Part shown: piece by piece, positions 37,701-50,010 of the stretch
Layout of the letters: the number at the start of each line of letters is the position of its first letter
How positions within the stretch are numbered: the stretch's first letter is position 1
Source: Chrysemys picta bellii
Taxonomy: Eukaryota
NCBI RefSeq assembly: GCF_011386835.1
Contig: NC_088798.1
Location: 11,408,001-11,472,000, forward strand
Direction of reading: 5' to 3'
Length of the DNA: 64,000 bases
Translations under genes and position numbers: made by a program
Notes under the pieces: model-generated
What the model was told of the DNA's origin: nothing
Databases searched by the model: none
What the model saw: the letters and a program-made list of their open reading frames with translations, nothing else

Positions 37701-38892
37701 TAAGGACTTTCATTCTTACAGCTTGTGGCATCACAGTTGATACTCTAATTTAATCTCTGATAAATGGAGCTGAGTAATGAAGTGACTTGTCTGCCCTCTG
37801 CTGACTGGCTAAGGAGCAACAGTAGCTGAAGCTTAGAACAAAACAGAAATTCTTATCAACCAACTTTCCAATATAGTGGATCATCATGCAGTTATTCTGC
37901 TTATCACTATAAAGTGTCATATCTGCCACAAAGCAAGGGAGCTACAGTTGGATGAAAAGAAACTTTGTAAAGATGCATCTATTTTTCAGCTGAAGGATAA
38001 TACTTCTATGGTGCGGGGAAGAAGGAGACCATACAGAATTAATACAGGTAAAGAGACATATATTGGCATTTTTGATAGCTACAGCAGCTCAGGAACCTTA
38101 AATGAAAAGCATAATTAAAAGCTAAAACTAAGAGACTTCTTACCAAGCAAGAAATGTACAAGCATCTTAATTAGATTTTTCCCCACGTGGTAAAAAACAA
38201 AACAAAAACATCCCTGGGATTTTCCAAGGGGAAAGATTTTCTTTTTGTCATGGAGGGACCTAGAGGGTATTTTCCCCTTTAAGAATGCAGTGAGAATTCT
38301 GGTGATTTTATGGGGAGACAGACAGATATCAGTGGAAATAATTCTCATTAACTTCAGCTAAGTTTTAACTATATTTATTAAAAATAATTTCACATTCTTA
38401 TGACCTATTCTATTCCATCGCTGTTTCTGACAGAACTGAAACTTGAGCTGGAGAAGCCAGGCTGGCTTCAACTGTATATGAGAGAGTTGAATGTAAAATA
38501 ACTGTTGGATTTGTAAGGAACAGGGGTAAGTCTCTTGATTTATTTATTGAAGCATCATAATGTAATGAAATATCTAGTCAGGACTATCCTTCATACACAC
38601 TGCTTCAGACTTAACTTTGAGACTATTAGGTTAAGAGTTATTATAGCCTCCCCTCTGTTGGTATTGATTGAAATCAATAGCCTCCCACTTCTTACAAAAT
38701 GAGCCAGAATAATAATAAATGTAGCACGTCACTGCAGTCTGCAGGAAGGATAAAGCACAGGTTTTTATTTGTCAGTCTACGCAATTTACTCCTAATCCTA
38801 CTGGAATAATAGGTTAAATATAGCAGGGAGTTAGCTTACGTGGATCATGACCAGACACAAGAAACCAACAGCTGACAGCAGAAGGAGAACTG

Positions 38893-41800
38893 TGGATTCC
38901 AAGGCCTGAAGGGACTATTATGATCATCTACTTTGACTTCCTGTATAATACACACTATTGAACTTCCCCAAAATAATTCCTAGAGCATATATTTTGGAAA
39001 ATAATATAATCGTTATTTTAAAGTGATCAGTGAGAGAAAAATCCACCACAACCCTTTGTAAATTGTTCCAACGGTTAATTACCGTCACTTAAAAATGTAA
39101 GTTTTGTTTCCGCTCTGAATTTATCTAGCTTCAACTTCCAGCCTTTGGATTGTGTTATACCTTTCTCTGCTAGATTGAAGAGCCCATTATCAAATATTTA
39201 TTCCCCATGTAGGTAGTTATAGATCAAGTCACCCCGTAAAGTGAAGGTTAAGATAAATAGATTGAGCTCTTGGAGTCTGTAATTATAAGGCATGTTTCCC
39301 AATCTTTTATTCATTCCTGTGTCTCTTTTCTGAACCCTCTCCAATTTGTCAACATCCTTCTTGAACTATGGACACCAGAACTGGCCACAATATTCCAGCA
39401 GTGCTTGCATCAGTGCCAAAAATAGTGGTAAAATAACCTCTCTACATCTACTTGAGATTCCCCTTTTATGCATTCAAAGAACGCATTAGACTTTTTGACC
39501 ACAGCTGATTATCCACCATGATCCCCAAATCTTTTTCAGAATCACTGCTTCCCAAGATAGAGTCCCCCATCCTGTAAATATGGTCTACATTCTGCGTTCT
39601 TAGGCATATAACATTTAGCCGTATTAAAATGCATATTGTTTGCTTGTGCCCAGTTTACCAAGTGATCCAGATCACTCTGTATCAGTGACCTGTCTTTTTC
39701 ATTATTTACCTTCCTTCCCCCCACCATTTTTGGGTCATTTGCAAACTTTATCAGTGATGATTTTTTCTTCTTCTAGGTCACCGAAAAATGTTAAATAGCA
39801 TAGGGCCAAGAACCGATTGCTATGGTACTCCACTAGAAACACCTGCTCAATCATGATTCCCCATTTACAGTTACCTTGTGAGACCTATCAGTTAGCTAGT
39901 TTTTAATCCATTTAATATGTGCCATGTTATTTTTCTGTTCTTCTAGTTCTCAAAATGTGGGGTACCAAGTCAAACACCTTACAGGAGTCTAAGTATATTG
40001 CATCAACACTAGTACCATTATAACCAAACTTGTTTTTATAATGAGATTACAAGTTAGTTTGACAGGATCTATTTTCCATAAACTCAAATTGCCATTAGTT
40101 ATGTTTCCCTTCTTTAATTCTTTATTAATAAAGTCCTGTATCAGCTGCTCCATTAGCTTACCCAGGAACCATGTCAGACTGACAGGCCTACAATTACTCA
40201 GATCATTCTAGTTACCCTTTTTAAATATTGGTACAACATTAAGCTTTCTTCCAGTCTTCTGGATCTTGCCCAGTGTTCCAAGACTTATTGAAAAAAATCA
40301 ACATTAACCAGCCCACAAGTGCCTTAGCCAGCTCTTTTAAAACTCTTGGAGTCACATTATCTGGACCTGCTGTTTTAAAAGGTCTAACTTTAGTAGCTGT
40401 TATTTCACATCCTCCCGAGATACTAGTGGAATGGAAAGAGTTAACATATATTACATCGTCTGTTTTCCCCTCCAAATACAGAACAGAAATATTTATTGAA
40501 CACTTGTGTCTTTTATGCATTATTACTTATAATTCTACCATTCCCATCTAGTAAGGGACCAATACTTTTGTTAGTATTCTTTTTGTCCCTGATATACTTA
40601 AACTCCTTATTGTCCTTAACTCCTAACTACAATTTTCTTCTTGTGTCACTTTGCATCCCTTATCAATTGTCTACAATTCCTAGCTTTTGATTTATATTAG
40701 TTACTATCAACTTCCTCTTTCTTCCATTTGTTAAATATTATTATTTTTCTATGGTTGCCTTTACTTCCCTTCTAAACCAGGTCAGTTTTTTAAGCAGTAT
40801 GGCTGCCTTCCTCAATTGTGGTATTGTGGCTTTTTGGGCATCTAGTAAAGTGTTCCTAAACAATTCTCAATTATCATTCACATTTTTCTGATTAAGTTCT
40901 TCCTCCCAGCCAGTGTGACTCAATTGTTTTCAGCTTTGTGACGTTAACCCTTTTAAAGAACCAAGTATTTATCTATCACTGATTTGGACTTTATTCTGTT
41001 TGCACATTATAAATGTGATCAAGTCATGATCACCTGTACCTGTTACCTCTTTATCTGTCAAGACGAGGTCCAATATAAAACTCCTATGTTGGGAACAATA
41101 CTTTGAGTTAGGAAAACTATCTATAATATAAAGGAAATTCCAAGGATGTTTTCATACTAGCAGCATGAGACCTCCAGAATGTCACTCAAACTGAAGTCCC
41201 TATGCTCACACAGCTTTTCTTCCTTCACATTACAGATAGGTGCTGAAGAAGTTGGTCATCCTGTGATTTGGTGGTCTGTAGCAGACTCCGACTAATAGCC
41301 CATCTTGTGCTTTATCTGTTAGGACACTGATCCATAAGCATTCAAGATAATTTTCCCACAAGTTGCCAGTGACTTGGAAACAGGTAATGCCATTTTTGAC
41401 AGAGTGCCACTCCTCCTTCCTTTGGCCACTCAGTCCTTCCTACATAAGTCTTCATAATAATTGCTTTTAACATTCCAATCATGCAGTTCATCCCATCAGC
41501 TTTCAGTAATACTAGATCAAATTTATACTCATAAATGAGCCATTCAAATTCTTCTTGTTTGTTACTCAAGCTCCTAGTATTGTTGTACAGGCAAGTAAAA
41601 AATTTTCTTCATGTCTTTTGGTTCCTTGATTTTGTTCTCAACAGCTCGATTTTGTACTAAATGAATGCGATCTTCCCTCTTTTTACCCTCCCAATTTATT
41701 AGTTTAATGCCCTCCTGACTACTCTAGCCAGCTTGTGTTGGAAAAGTCTGGTTACACATCTACTGAGGTGTCCAAACCATAGAGCACCCTCTCCCCATAG

Positions 41801-42900
41801 AACATGGACCAATGTTACACAAACTCAAAACCCTCCACATTTAGCTAGCCAACAGTTCTCTTCCAGAATCTTCTGCCTTCTGTCTCCCTTCACTCGTGGG
41901 ACAGGAACAATCTCTAAGAAGATCTCTTGGACATTCTTTTTCTTCAGCATGCTTCCAAGTTCCCTGAAGTTATCTATTATCAAAGAGACACCCATGGCAC
42001 AGGGTCATTAGTATTTACATTGAACCATCAGTGGATCTTTGCCTGTTAATTTCAGAAGAATGACATCTTAGGTCTTGGTTCCGGGAAAACAGCATTCTGT
42101 CCTGTTGTCTGTCCCTTGCAGAATGTTCTTTCTAGTCTTCAGAGTACTGAATCCCCAAGAAGGATCATCTGTCTTGCTTGGGAGGTTAGAGACCTCTCTG
42201 TAAGCAGGCTTAATTTTCTTGCAAGGGTGTCTTGAGCTGCCATCCACAGGCATGCCCTGTCCATCTCTCTGTTCCTTTAGACCAGGTGGATCTTCAGAGT
42301 TGCCTTCCACAGTGTCCATATTGAGGACCTGCTAGTGATTGGAAACTTGTAGTTGTGTGGAATTCCTCCCAGTCCACTTCTCTGTGGTGGCAACAGCCTG
42401 CCCATCCTCATCTGTGTCCAGCCTTGTAGAATGGCCACCTTGCCTCTTATGAGCTGCTGCGCCGCTTTTCCAACTTCTTTCTCCAATTCCTTGGTGGTCA
42501 GCTTCTTTCTTCCTTGAACTTGGGGTACTCATATTTCCCAAATCTCTGTGTCTAGAAATTCATCAGCTTCTTAGATTCTCAGTAGCAGCTCCACTTCCCC
42601 TTCCAGTTCAAGAATCTTTTCTTCCAATATAGCCATCAACTTGCACTTTGTGCACAGCAAGTCCCTTCTGGCTTCAGGCAGGAAAGAAAACATGGCATAT
42701 CTGTTGCAGGTCACCACCACTGTTATATCACTGGCTGTCTTGAAACTGCACAGAGCTGAACCTGGAAGGAAAGCTCTCTCCCACCCCCCCAGCTCCCTCT
42801 GAAACTCTGTCAGTTGCCTTAGTTTGTGGCTCTCAATATTGCTAGCAAGTGACTCTCATTACCCAAATCTCTCTGTTTAGCTCAGCTCGGCCCCACCCCA
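38893..42900 (-). mobile_element. Decayed near-full-length CR1 (ORF1 zinc-finger/leucine zipper, ORF2, 3' UTR) in CZIB intron 6
   Basis: CR1 3' end near 38893; RT and EN remnants (GPDNVTPRVLKELA, IYEYKFDLV); ORF1-like VTCNRYAMFSFLPEARRDLLCTKCKLMAILEEKILELE at about 42570-42730; many stops. Confidence 0.85.
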
Positions 42901-43102
42901 TCAGGGAGCAATTAACCATTCAGACTTCAAGCAACAGGGCTGATCAATGTTCCAAGGGTCAAAACCACACCGCCTCACCAAGACATGAAACAGACCTGAT
43001 CCAACTACTTACTCAGGGGCCCATGGCCCAGCTACACAGCCTGTACACAGAGAACAAACAGCCAAACAAACTCACAGTTGGACCAAACAACCCAGTCACT
43101 AA

Positions 43103-43386
43103 GGGCTTATCTATACTTACGCGCTGGTTCGGCGGCAGGCAGTCGAACTTCTGGGTTCGATTTATCGCGTCTTGTGTGGACGCGATAAATCGAACCCAGA
43201 AGTGCTCCCCGTCGACTCCGGTAATCCTGCTCGGTGCGAGGAGTACGCGGAGTCGACGGGGGAGCCTGCCTGCCGCGCCTGGACCGCGGTAAGTTCGAAC
43301 TAAGGTACGTCGACTTCAGCTACGTTATTCACGTAGCTGAAGTTGCGTACCTTAGTTCGAATTGGGGGGTTAGTGTAGACCAGGCC
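43103..43386. mobile_element. Young Harbinger-type MITE, sister of 31675-31958
   Basis: Same 284-bp structure; perfect 25-bp internal stem. Confidence 0.92.
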
Positions 43387-44031
43387 CAAGTCTCACTACC
43401 TCCAAGCAAAATCCATAGCTATCCCCTCTGAAACTCTCTTAGCTGTCTCAGTTTACAGCTCAGAGACCCTTTAACTCAGTATCTTCAGCTGTATTTTGCA
43501 ACAGAGACTATTGATGCCTTCAGCAAGTCTTGCTCTGCCTTTCAGTCTCATTTTGTTGTGGATACACGTCTACGTTTGTAGAGATGGATGAACTTCAGAG
43601 TTTGGTTGAGCACAGCAGTCAAATACTGATCAGTGTCCAAAAATCAGGCTTGTTAACTCTCTATACCTTGTACAGTAGCCCACCCAGACTTCTTCTTCCC
43701 ATCAGTGACCCCTAATTAGGCAATCCAAGATGTGACTGCTTTAGGACTCCTCTCTTCCTCCTGTTGCCCTACTCTAAAGATCCACCAAATGAATTCAAAT
43801 CTGCAGTGCTTACAAGGTACTTCAGGGGGCACAGCTCCAAAGGGTAAGTAACTTTAATTAGATGGGTAGGATGACGTAAGAAAGACAACTGCAGAGAGGG
43901 GAGACTATTGGAGAGTCACAGGTTGTCCAAAATGAGCAGTGCAATTCTCAAAAGAGTGTGTGCTACATCAATGTAGACTTCAGCAGAAAGACACCTAAGA
44001 GATGTCAAATAAATCATTAATAAGAACTTGC

Positions 44032-44109
44032 CTGTGGTTGAAAGTCAACTGGCTCAAGACCTCGGCACTCAAACTCCACTATTGTCTTAAACTTCTCACT
44101 GTCTTCAGC
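44032..44109 (-). CDS. CZIB: CZIB exon 6 (78 bp), followed by a GC donor
   Basis: TCCTAG|[26 protein letters not shown]|GCAAGT. Confidence 0.94.
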
Positions 44110-44689
44110 CTAGGATTGAGTCAGAATAGCATTTAGTTTGTATCTAATGAAAGGGAAACACCTTTTAGTCTAGGCATAAAATTCAATAAAGTTTTTAGAA
44201 GCAGCAAACTCTGGACCAAAACATTTGAATTATTTTACATGATTGATAACTAACCAGAATTTCTTAAACTTAGAGACTGGTCAGGGGAAGTGTCTAAGCC
44301 CTTCAAAGGTAGGCTCTCCGATACCAGGGTAAAACTATTACATATTTGCTTAGAATGTGACTAATCCAGTGCCTGATGTTGACTGTGAAATATTTAAACA
44401 AATGATTTGATATTTGAGTCGGAAGCAGAAGGGACAAAGCAAGATATTAATTGGCTGCCGCTGTCCACATTATTTAAAATATACTTTCCTAAATGCACAG
44501 CTTCACTTTTGGAGCATCCAGCATCCCATTTGCGGTGTGTTTCTATCAGGCGATACCTGAGTGTATTTTCCACTGTACTTCTGGGAGGAACATGATCGCA
44601 AAAATTGGGAAGCCTTGTAATAAACTAACACCACATTAATGATGCTTATTTCAGTTATATCTGCAATATCATAGAGAAAATAAACTTAC

Positions 44690-44721
44690 ATTATAAGGCT
44701 TGATTGTGTCTCTTAAGATAT
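44690..44721 (-). CDS. CZIB: CZIB exon 5 (32 bp)
   Basis: CTTTTAG|(D)ILRDTIKPYN|GTAAGT; restores frame after exon 4. Confidence 0.93.
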
Positions 44722-45055
44722 CTAAAAGAGAAGGGGGTAGAATTAAAATACTTCAAATTTTCCAGCCCTCAACACAAACCCAAGAGCCCTCCTTCCAAAC
44801 ACTGTTTATTCAAAAATCAGCCAACATTCCTGGTTAGTCCATCAAAATCTAAGACCCATTTTTTGCCAGTGCTACCAAGAATTTCATCTCCTGTTTTGTT
44901 TTCCTCTTAAGGAAGAAAAAGCAATGCATACTCTTGTAACATGGCTTTAAGGCTCCAACCCTACAATTGTTGCTCATACAGATTTCCCAATGTCAATGGG
45001 AGGGTTGAGTGCAAATTACTTACAGGCTTGAGCCGACAGGACGCCGTTATTTGTA

Positions 45056-45276
45056 CAGGTCTGTCTCATCTTACGCGGGGGTTCTGTTCCACGGTTAGCA
45101 CGTAAAGCGAAAACCGCGTATAGCCAAAACCCCATTGAGTTCAATGGCGGGCGAAATCGCCCGCACTACAGGTATAGTATTAAAACTGTTGTTTTTCTCT
45201 CTCTCTCTTTTTTTCCCCCCGACTGCGTAAAGTTGAAATCGCGCATGTTAAATGCGCGTAAGATGCGACAGCCCTG
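45056..45276. mobile_element. Tc1/mariner/pogo-type MITE (TA TSD)
   Basis: 22-bp TIR CAGGTCTGTCTCATCTTACGCG with 2 mismatches to the right end; TA on both sides. Confidence 0.88.
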
Positions 45277-46952
45277 TATCTATCTCCCATAAATGTAGAT
45301 TTGGGGGATAGTCACTGTATAGGGCAGCACAGACCTTGTAAATACCTTCCTATATTTTAACTAGTTTATCACTGTTGTATTTATTTCACAGGAAATGCCT
45401 TTCATATCAGACACATTTTTAATACCAATTTCTCTTTTCCTTCATGTTACTGCAGTATTTACATGGATATAGCTTTACAACACAGCTCAATCCCAGGGGG
45501 AAAAAAATCTAATCTGGGATGGCTATGAAATGGGCAGAACTTTGTAGGAACATCCCAAGAACCAGGCCAATGCAAACAGCTGGCAGCTCCTTAGATGAAA
45601 CTAGTTTCTAATATCTTGAGAGGAAAATGAACACTTGACACAGACACTTGTGTGGATGCTATTAATTTTCCAAATACCAGACAGGCTTTTAGATTTTTGG
45701 GGCCCAATCTTGAAACTCTTACTCCTAAAAGTAGTTCCATTGAAGTTAATAAGTGTACTTGTGCAAGTATAAGGGTCTCAGGATTAGTCCTTATTTTTGT
45801 GAAAAAAGTTAAGTGATTAAGAGACAATGAATGGGACTGTTTTGGTTGGGAAGGCAAAGGGCACAGAAAATATAATAAAGGATGAGCCAGGTGCTCCTTT
45901 TTACCCTTCCCCCATAATACAAGTATGAGCCATCACACAATGAAGCTAAAAGGCTTTAAAAAGATAAATGGAAATATATATTAATGTAATAGATAATCAA
46001 TCAGTTTAACTCTCTGCTATAGGATAATATTGAGGCAAATAAATTAATACAATCTAAAAAGGGTTAAACACTCCTACAAATAAGAACAGCTGAATTACAC
46101 AGTAGGCCAGAGTTGCAATGGCTGTCAATAGTCATGTTAGGGTGTAGATGATCACCAGCTTCAGGGCAGAAAAAAATACTTTCCTTCCCATAGTAAGATA
46201 CTACTGATTTATGAACTTTATGGGGGGCTTTCCTTAAGAACCATCCCAAACTAGTCAGATACTGACTAGATGGACCATCATTCTTCTCTGCTTTGTGAAT
46301 CCCTACATTAATAACAAAAAGACAAAGAGTTTGATAACTGAAAGAAAAAATGTCTAGCAAGTACAGAAATTGCCCAGGAAACTCTTTGCTACTTGTTACT
46401 TTTCATTCTTCTCTTAAAAATAACTGGCATCCCATTTTTTTCCAAAAAGGTTAACATCTTAAGTGTACACTCAAATGTAATGCTACAAAGTACAATAATT
46501 TGTTTCCAAATAACTTTATAGAAGAAAAGCAAGCATTTTAAGAGAGACACCATTAACTTCAGAATCATGTTTCTGTTGGAAAAATTTGAACATACTATTG
46601 TTTTAGCACCTACAATTACTAAAATTAAAGTTGGCAAAAATTAATTGCCTTTATTGTTCTAGTGTTTACACACTTTCTGCATTTGCATGTGTAGTCAGTC
46701 TCATTCTTTTGTTGATGATCAGTTGCATTTCCTGTCTCATGCACAAAACATGAGGACAAACATATTGATGCTTTAAGACAAGCACCAGCAAGTAGGAGAA
46801 AGTAAACCCTTATAAACACTGGTAAAAAGCAACTTACAACAGAAATTCAGGACATATTATTTAAAAGATACTCTTTTAGAATGTTTTCGTAAATTAGTTA
46901 AAAAAAAAAAATCAAGTTGACAGCATCCCTTAAATCATGTGAAAGAGCCTAC

Positions 46953-47034
46953 CAATGGAATTCTCTCTGGAGCACAGCTTGCATTTCTGCACCATAGTGG
47001 CACTCCCTCTGCCTCCCTTAAGAGGAGCACTGTC
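46953..47034 (-). CDS. CZIB: CZIB exon 4 (82 bp), second CxxC
   Basis: TTTTAG|DSAPLKGGRGSATMVQKCKLCSRENSI|GTAGGC. Confidence 0.96.
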
Positions 47035-48119
47035 CTAAAAAAATTACAAATGGAGCCATCACTGTGTGTCAATTTTTTCATGTTCCGATTGAGCAACTAA
47101 AAACCTCTGTAGTGACAAAGTAGTTTTTACAAGGACAATGGCAAACTAACATGATTTTATATATTGTAAGGGGAAGGTAGGTTTCTTTCAGTACGAAGAA
47201 TATTTATAATTCACAATACTATGGTTATCAAGGGATAATGTACATTATATACTAAATTTTAAATAATAAATTATGTATAGAATGTGCCTTGACAATACAG
47301 ACACATTCTAGCCATTCCATAGGATATTTATTTAATCTTCAACCAGCATGATTAGAGCCCTGATCCTGCACACTGTTGTGCCTACATGCAACAAGTTGCA
47401 GGACCGGGGCCTGCAAGGATAGAAGAAGGGTCTTGTGGTTCAGGATGAGAGTCTGAGGTTCTAATTCCAAACTAAACCACAGACTTCCTGTGTTACTTTG
47501 GGCAAATCACTTCACCTCTCTGCCTCAGTTTCCCCATCTGTAAAGTGGGGATAACACTTCTCTATTTAAATTCATTAACATCATGAGGCAGTCAGATAGT
47601 GTTCTGTCATGCACAACACCAGTACCTTGCATAAGTTAATTTATTATCATTATTCCCCTTCCCTCCCCCCCCCCCCCCCGATTATCTAAACTTCCATAGA
47701 ACTTGTTTTATCATTAGCAAAGAGGAAATGCACTGCTGGCAAAACCCTATTGTAATACCACTTCAAATCCATTTTCTTGGCTGTGGAAACTTACTGGCTT
47801 TAATGAGGGATGACCTTTCAAGGTCCCTTCCAGTTCTAGGAGATGGGATATCTCAATTATATAGATGGGAGGGGAGGCTTTTCAAGAAAGTCTTAAAATA
47901 ATAAGCACCTCCACCAACCATTCCTATAGCACATTTCATTCAAGGATCTCAAAATACTTTGTGAACATAAAGTCTGACAGCAACCCCGATGTAGATAATT
48001 ATTCAAAGGCTGCTTTATACAGCATATCCCCCATTTCATCAAAGTCAATTTTACATAATATGCACTGGGTTTTTTGGGTTCTTTGTTTTTAATGCACATC
48101 TTGCAGTTCGGCAGTTTAC

Positions 48120-48176
48120 CATTAATCGCAGGTATTGCCATTTTTCAGAAATCTCACCACAGTTCCCACATTTCAT
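48120..48176 (-). CDS. CZIB: CZIB exon 3 (57 bp), first CxxC
   Basis: TTTCCAG|MKCGNCGEISEKWQYLRLM|GTAAAC. Confidence 0.96.
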
Positions 48177-48316
48177 CTGGAAAAGAAAAACATACACCAA
48201 AGAATCTTAAAGTTGTTAGTAAGCTGATCAATAAAATAGCTCAAGCCATTCTTAGACTTAAGTTTAACCATTTTGTAGTTGAAAAGTCATGGGATAGCTG
48301 CCCTTAAAGAATGGAG

Positions 48317-48403
48317 GGCCAGATCCTCAACTGGGGTCCATTTTCATAGCCCCATTAGCTTCACTTGAGCGATGACAATTTACGCAAGTTGAGGATCTGT
48401 TCC
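48317..48403. repeat. Short palindromic ancient repeat (similar ones near 966-1118, 3452-3500, 7325-7415)
   Basis: GGCCAGATCCTCAACT ... AGTTGAGGATCTG inverted ends; family not assigned. Confidence 0.5.
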
Positions 48404-48822
48404 AGAGAATATTAGGTAGAAAGAAAACAGATTACATGTAGGAGCCAATACATAAAGCTGGGAATAATACATCCCAACAGTTTGTCAACCAAGCGAGTCT
48501 TCCACCAATTATACTTAAAAAAAAAAAAAAAAAATCATAACCACAAAAGAGAGGGTGGTGGATATTATATGGATTGAGGAATAGCCATGATTTTACTTCA
48601 TCGTAACTGATCTTTTAATGCAAACATACATACATTTAACAGTTACTCAACTTCCAAAACGTGCTTAAATTTAACAAACAAACAAAAACCTGCACAACTT
48701 TCGGATCACATACATTCATCTTACTTTTATTTAGATTACACAATGAACCATGCTTGAAATGTGCCATACCACCACTAACATTGTGTATATAACCAACTGG
48801 ATACTGGCAAAACTACATCTTA

Positions 48823-49089
48823 GGCTTGGTCTACACTGGGGGGAGGGGATTGATCTAAGATACGCAACTTATCTTAGATCTTATCTTAGATCAAATTAAA
48901 ATTACTTACTTTGCGTCCTCACGGCACGCCGCAGCTCCCCCGTCGACTTTGCTTCTGCCTCTCTCCGAGCTGGAGTTCAGCAGTCGACGGGAGAGCAATC
49001 GGGGATCGATTTATTGCATCTATGCGATAAATCGAGCCCCAATAGATCGGTCACTACCCGCCGATCCAGAGGGTAGTGTAGACGTACCC
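48823..49089. mobile_element. Harbinger-type MITE in CZIB intron 2 (family of 23821-24105)
   Basis: TTA|GGCTTGGTCTACACT ... AGTGTAGACGTACCC|TTA. Confidence 0.9.
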
Positions 49090-49146
49090 TTAGATTGCAA
49101 TGAAATACCACAATGATGATCGTAGTATAGAAACCATTCTCCAGTG

Positions 49147-49364
49147 TCAGAGGGGTAGCCGTGTTAGTCTGAATCTGTAAAAAGCAACGGAGGGTCCTGT
49201 GGCACCTTTGAGACTAACAGAAGTACTGGGAGCATAAGCTTTCGTGGGTAAGAACCTCACTTCTTCAGATGCAAGAGAAGTGAGGTTCTTACCCACGAAA
49301 GCTTATGCTCCCAGTACTTCTGTTAGTCTCAAAGGTGCCACAGGACCCTCTGTTGCTTTTTACA
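49147..49364. mobile_element. Penelope-like pLTR fragment plus inverted copy (89-bp arms)
   Basis: Arms 49176-49264 and 49276-49364 with one mismatch; TSD CATTCTCCAGTG at 49135-49146 and 49363-49374. Confidence 0.9.
49232..49272 (-). ncRNA. Minimal hammerhead ribozyme motif, intact core
   Basis: GCAU CUGAAGA A GUGAGG-UUCUUA-CCCAC GAAA GCUU AUGC; activity not shown. Confidence 0.65.
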
Positions 49365-49833
49365 TTCTCCAGTGGTTTGCATTGCAGGATTCCATTAGAT
49401 ACCAATACTTCGTGTAATGGAAGCCTGCAATACAAACCACTGTAGGATGGAATGCAAAATATCATGCAAAAGAAGCCTGTGATACAACACCATGCAACTC
49501 AAAATCATAGAAATGCAGGGCTGAGGGGTCCCCTAGTCCCACCCCCTGCTGATGCAAATTTACACACGTTTCAGTGGTGGGGAGGCTAGAGGACCCCTCG
49601 AGGTCCCATCCAGGCCTCCATTTCGATAATCACTGGTTTTCAGTCTGATACTTTTATATCGTTTTTACTGCATGCTATTTTGTACTGTATTCTAGTTAGA
49701 ACTACAGGCTTGTATTGTGTAAAAAAAAAAACGACTGGGGCTTTTAAAGTACATTGCGTTTCATTGTCCTTTGCTTAGCCCTGCGAAGGGGTGGCAGGGT
49801 GCGCGGCGCTGCACCTCCCCTGGCCCGCCATAC

Positions 49834-49917
49834 CTTCAGGTACCAGCGAAAATCTTCCCCCACCGGCCTGAGGTTTGTAACATTTTCCAGAGTGGCTTTC
49901 AGCTGCAGCCCGATCTT
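49834..49917 (-). CDS. CZIB: CZIB exon 2 (84 bp)
   Basis: TTTACAG|KIGLQLKATLENVTNLRPVGEDFRWYLK|GTATGG. Confidence 0.96.
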
Positions 49918-50010
49918 CTGTAAAGCAGGGGGCGGGGGACAGAGTCAGTGTGTTACAGCCAAGGCCACCCCCTCCCCCAGCACTGGCAGCGCCGCGCCCC
50001 CCTTACCCAC

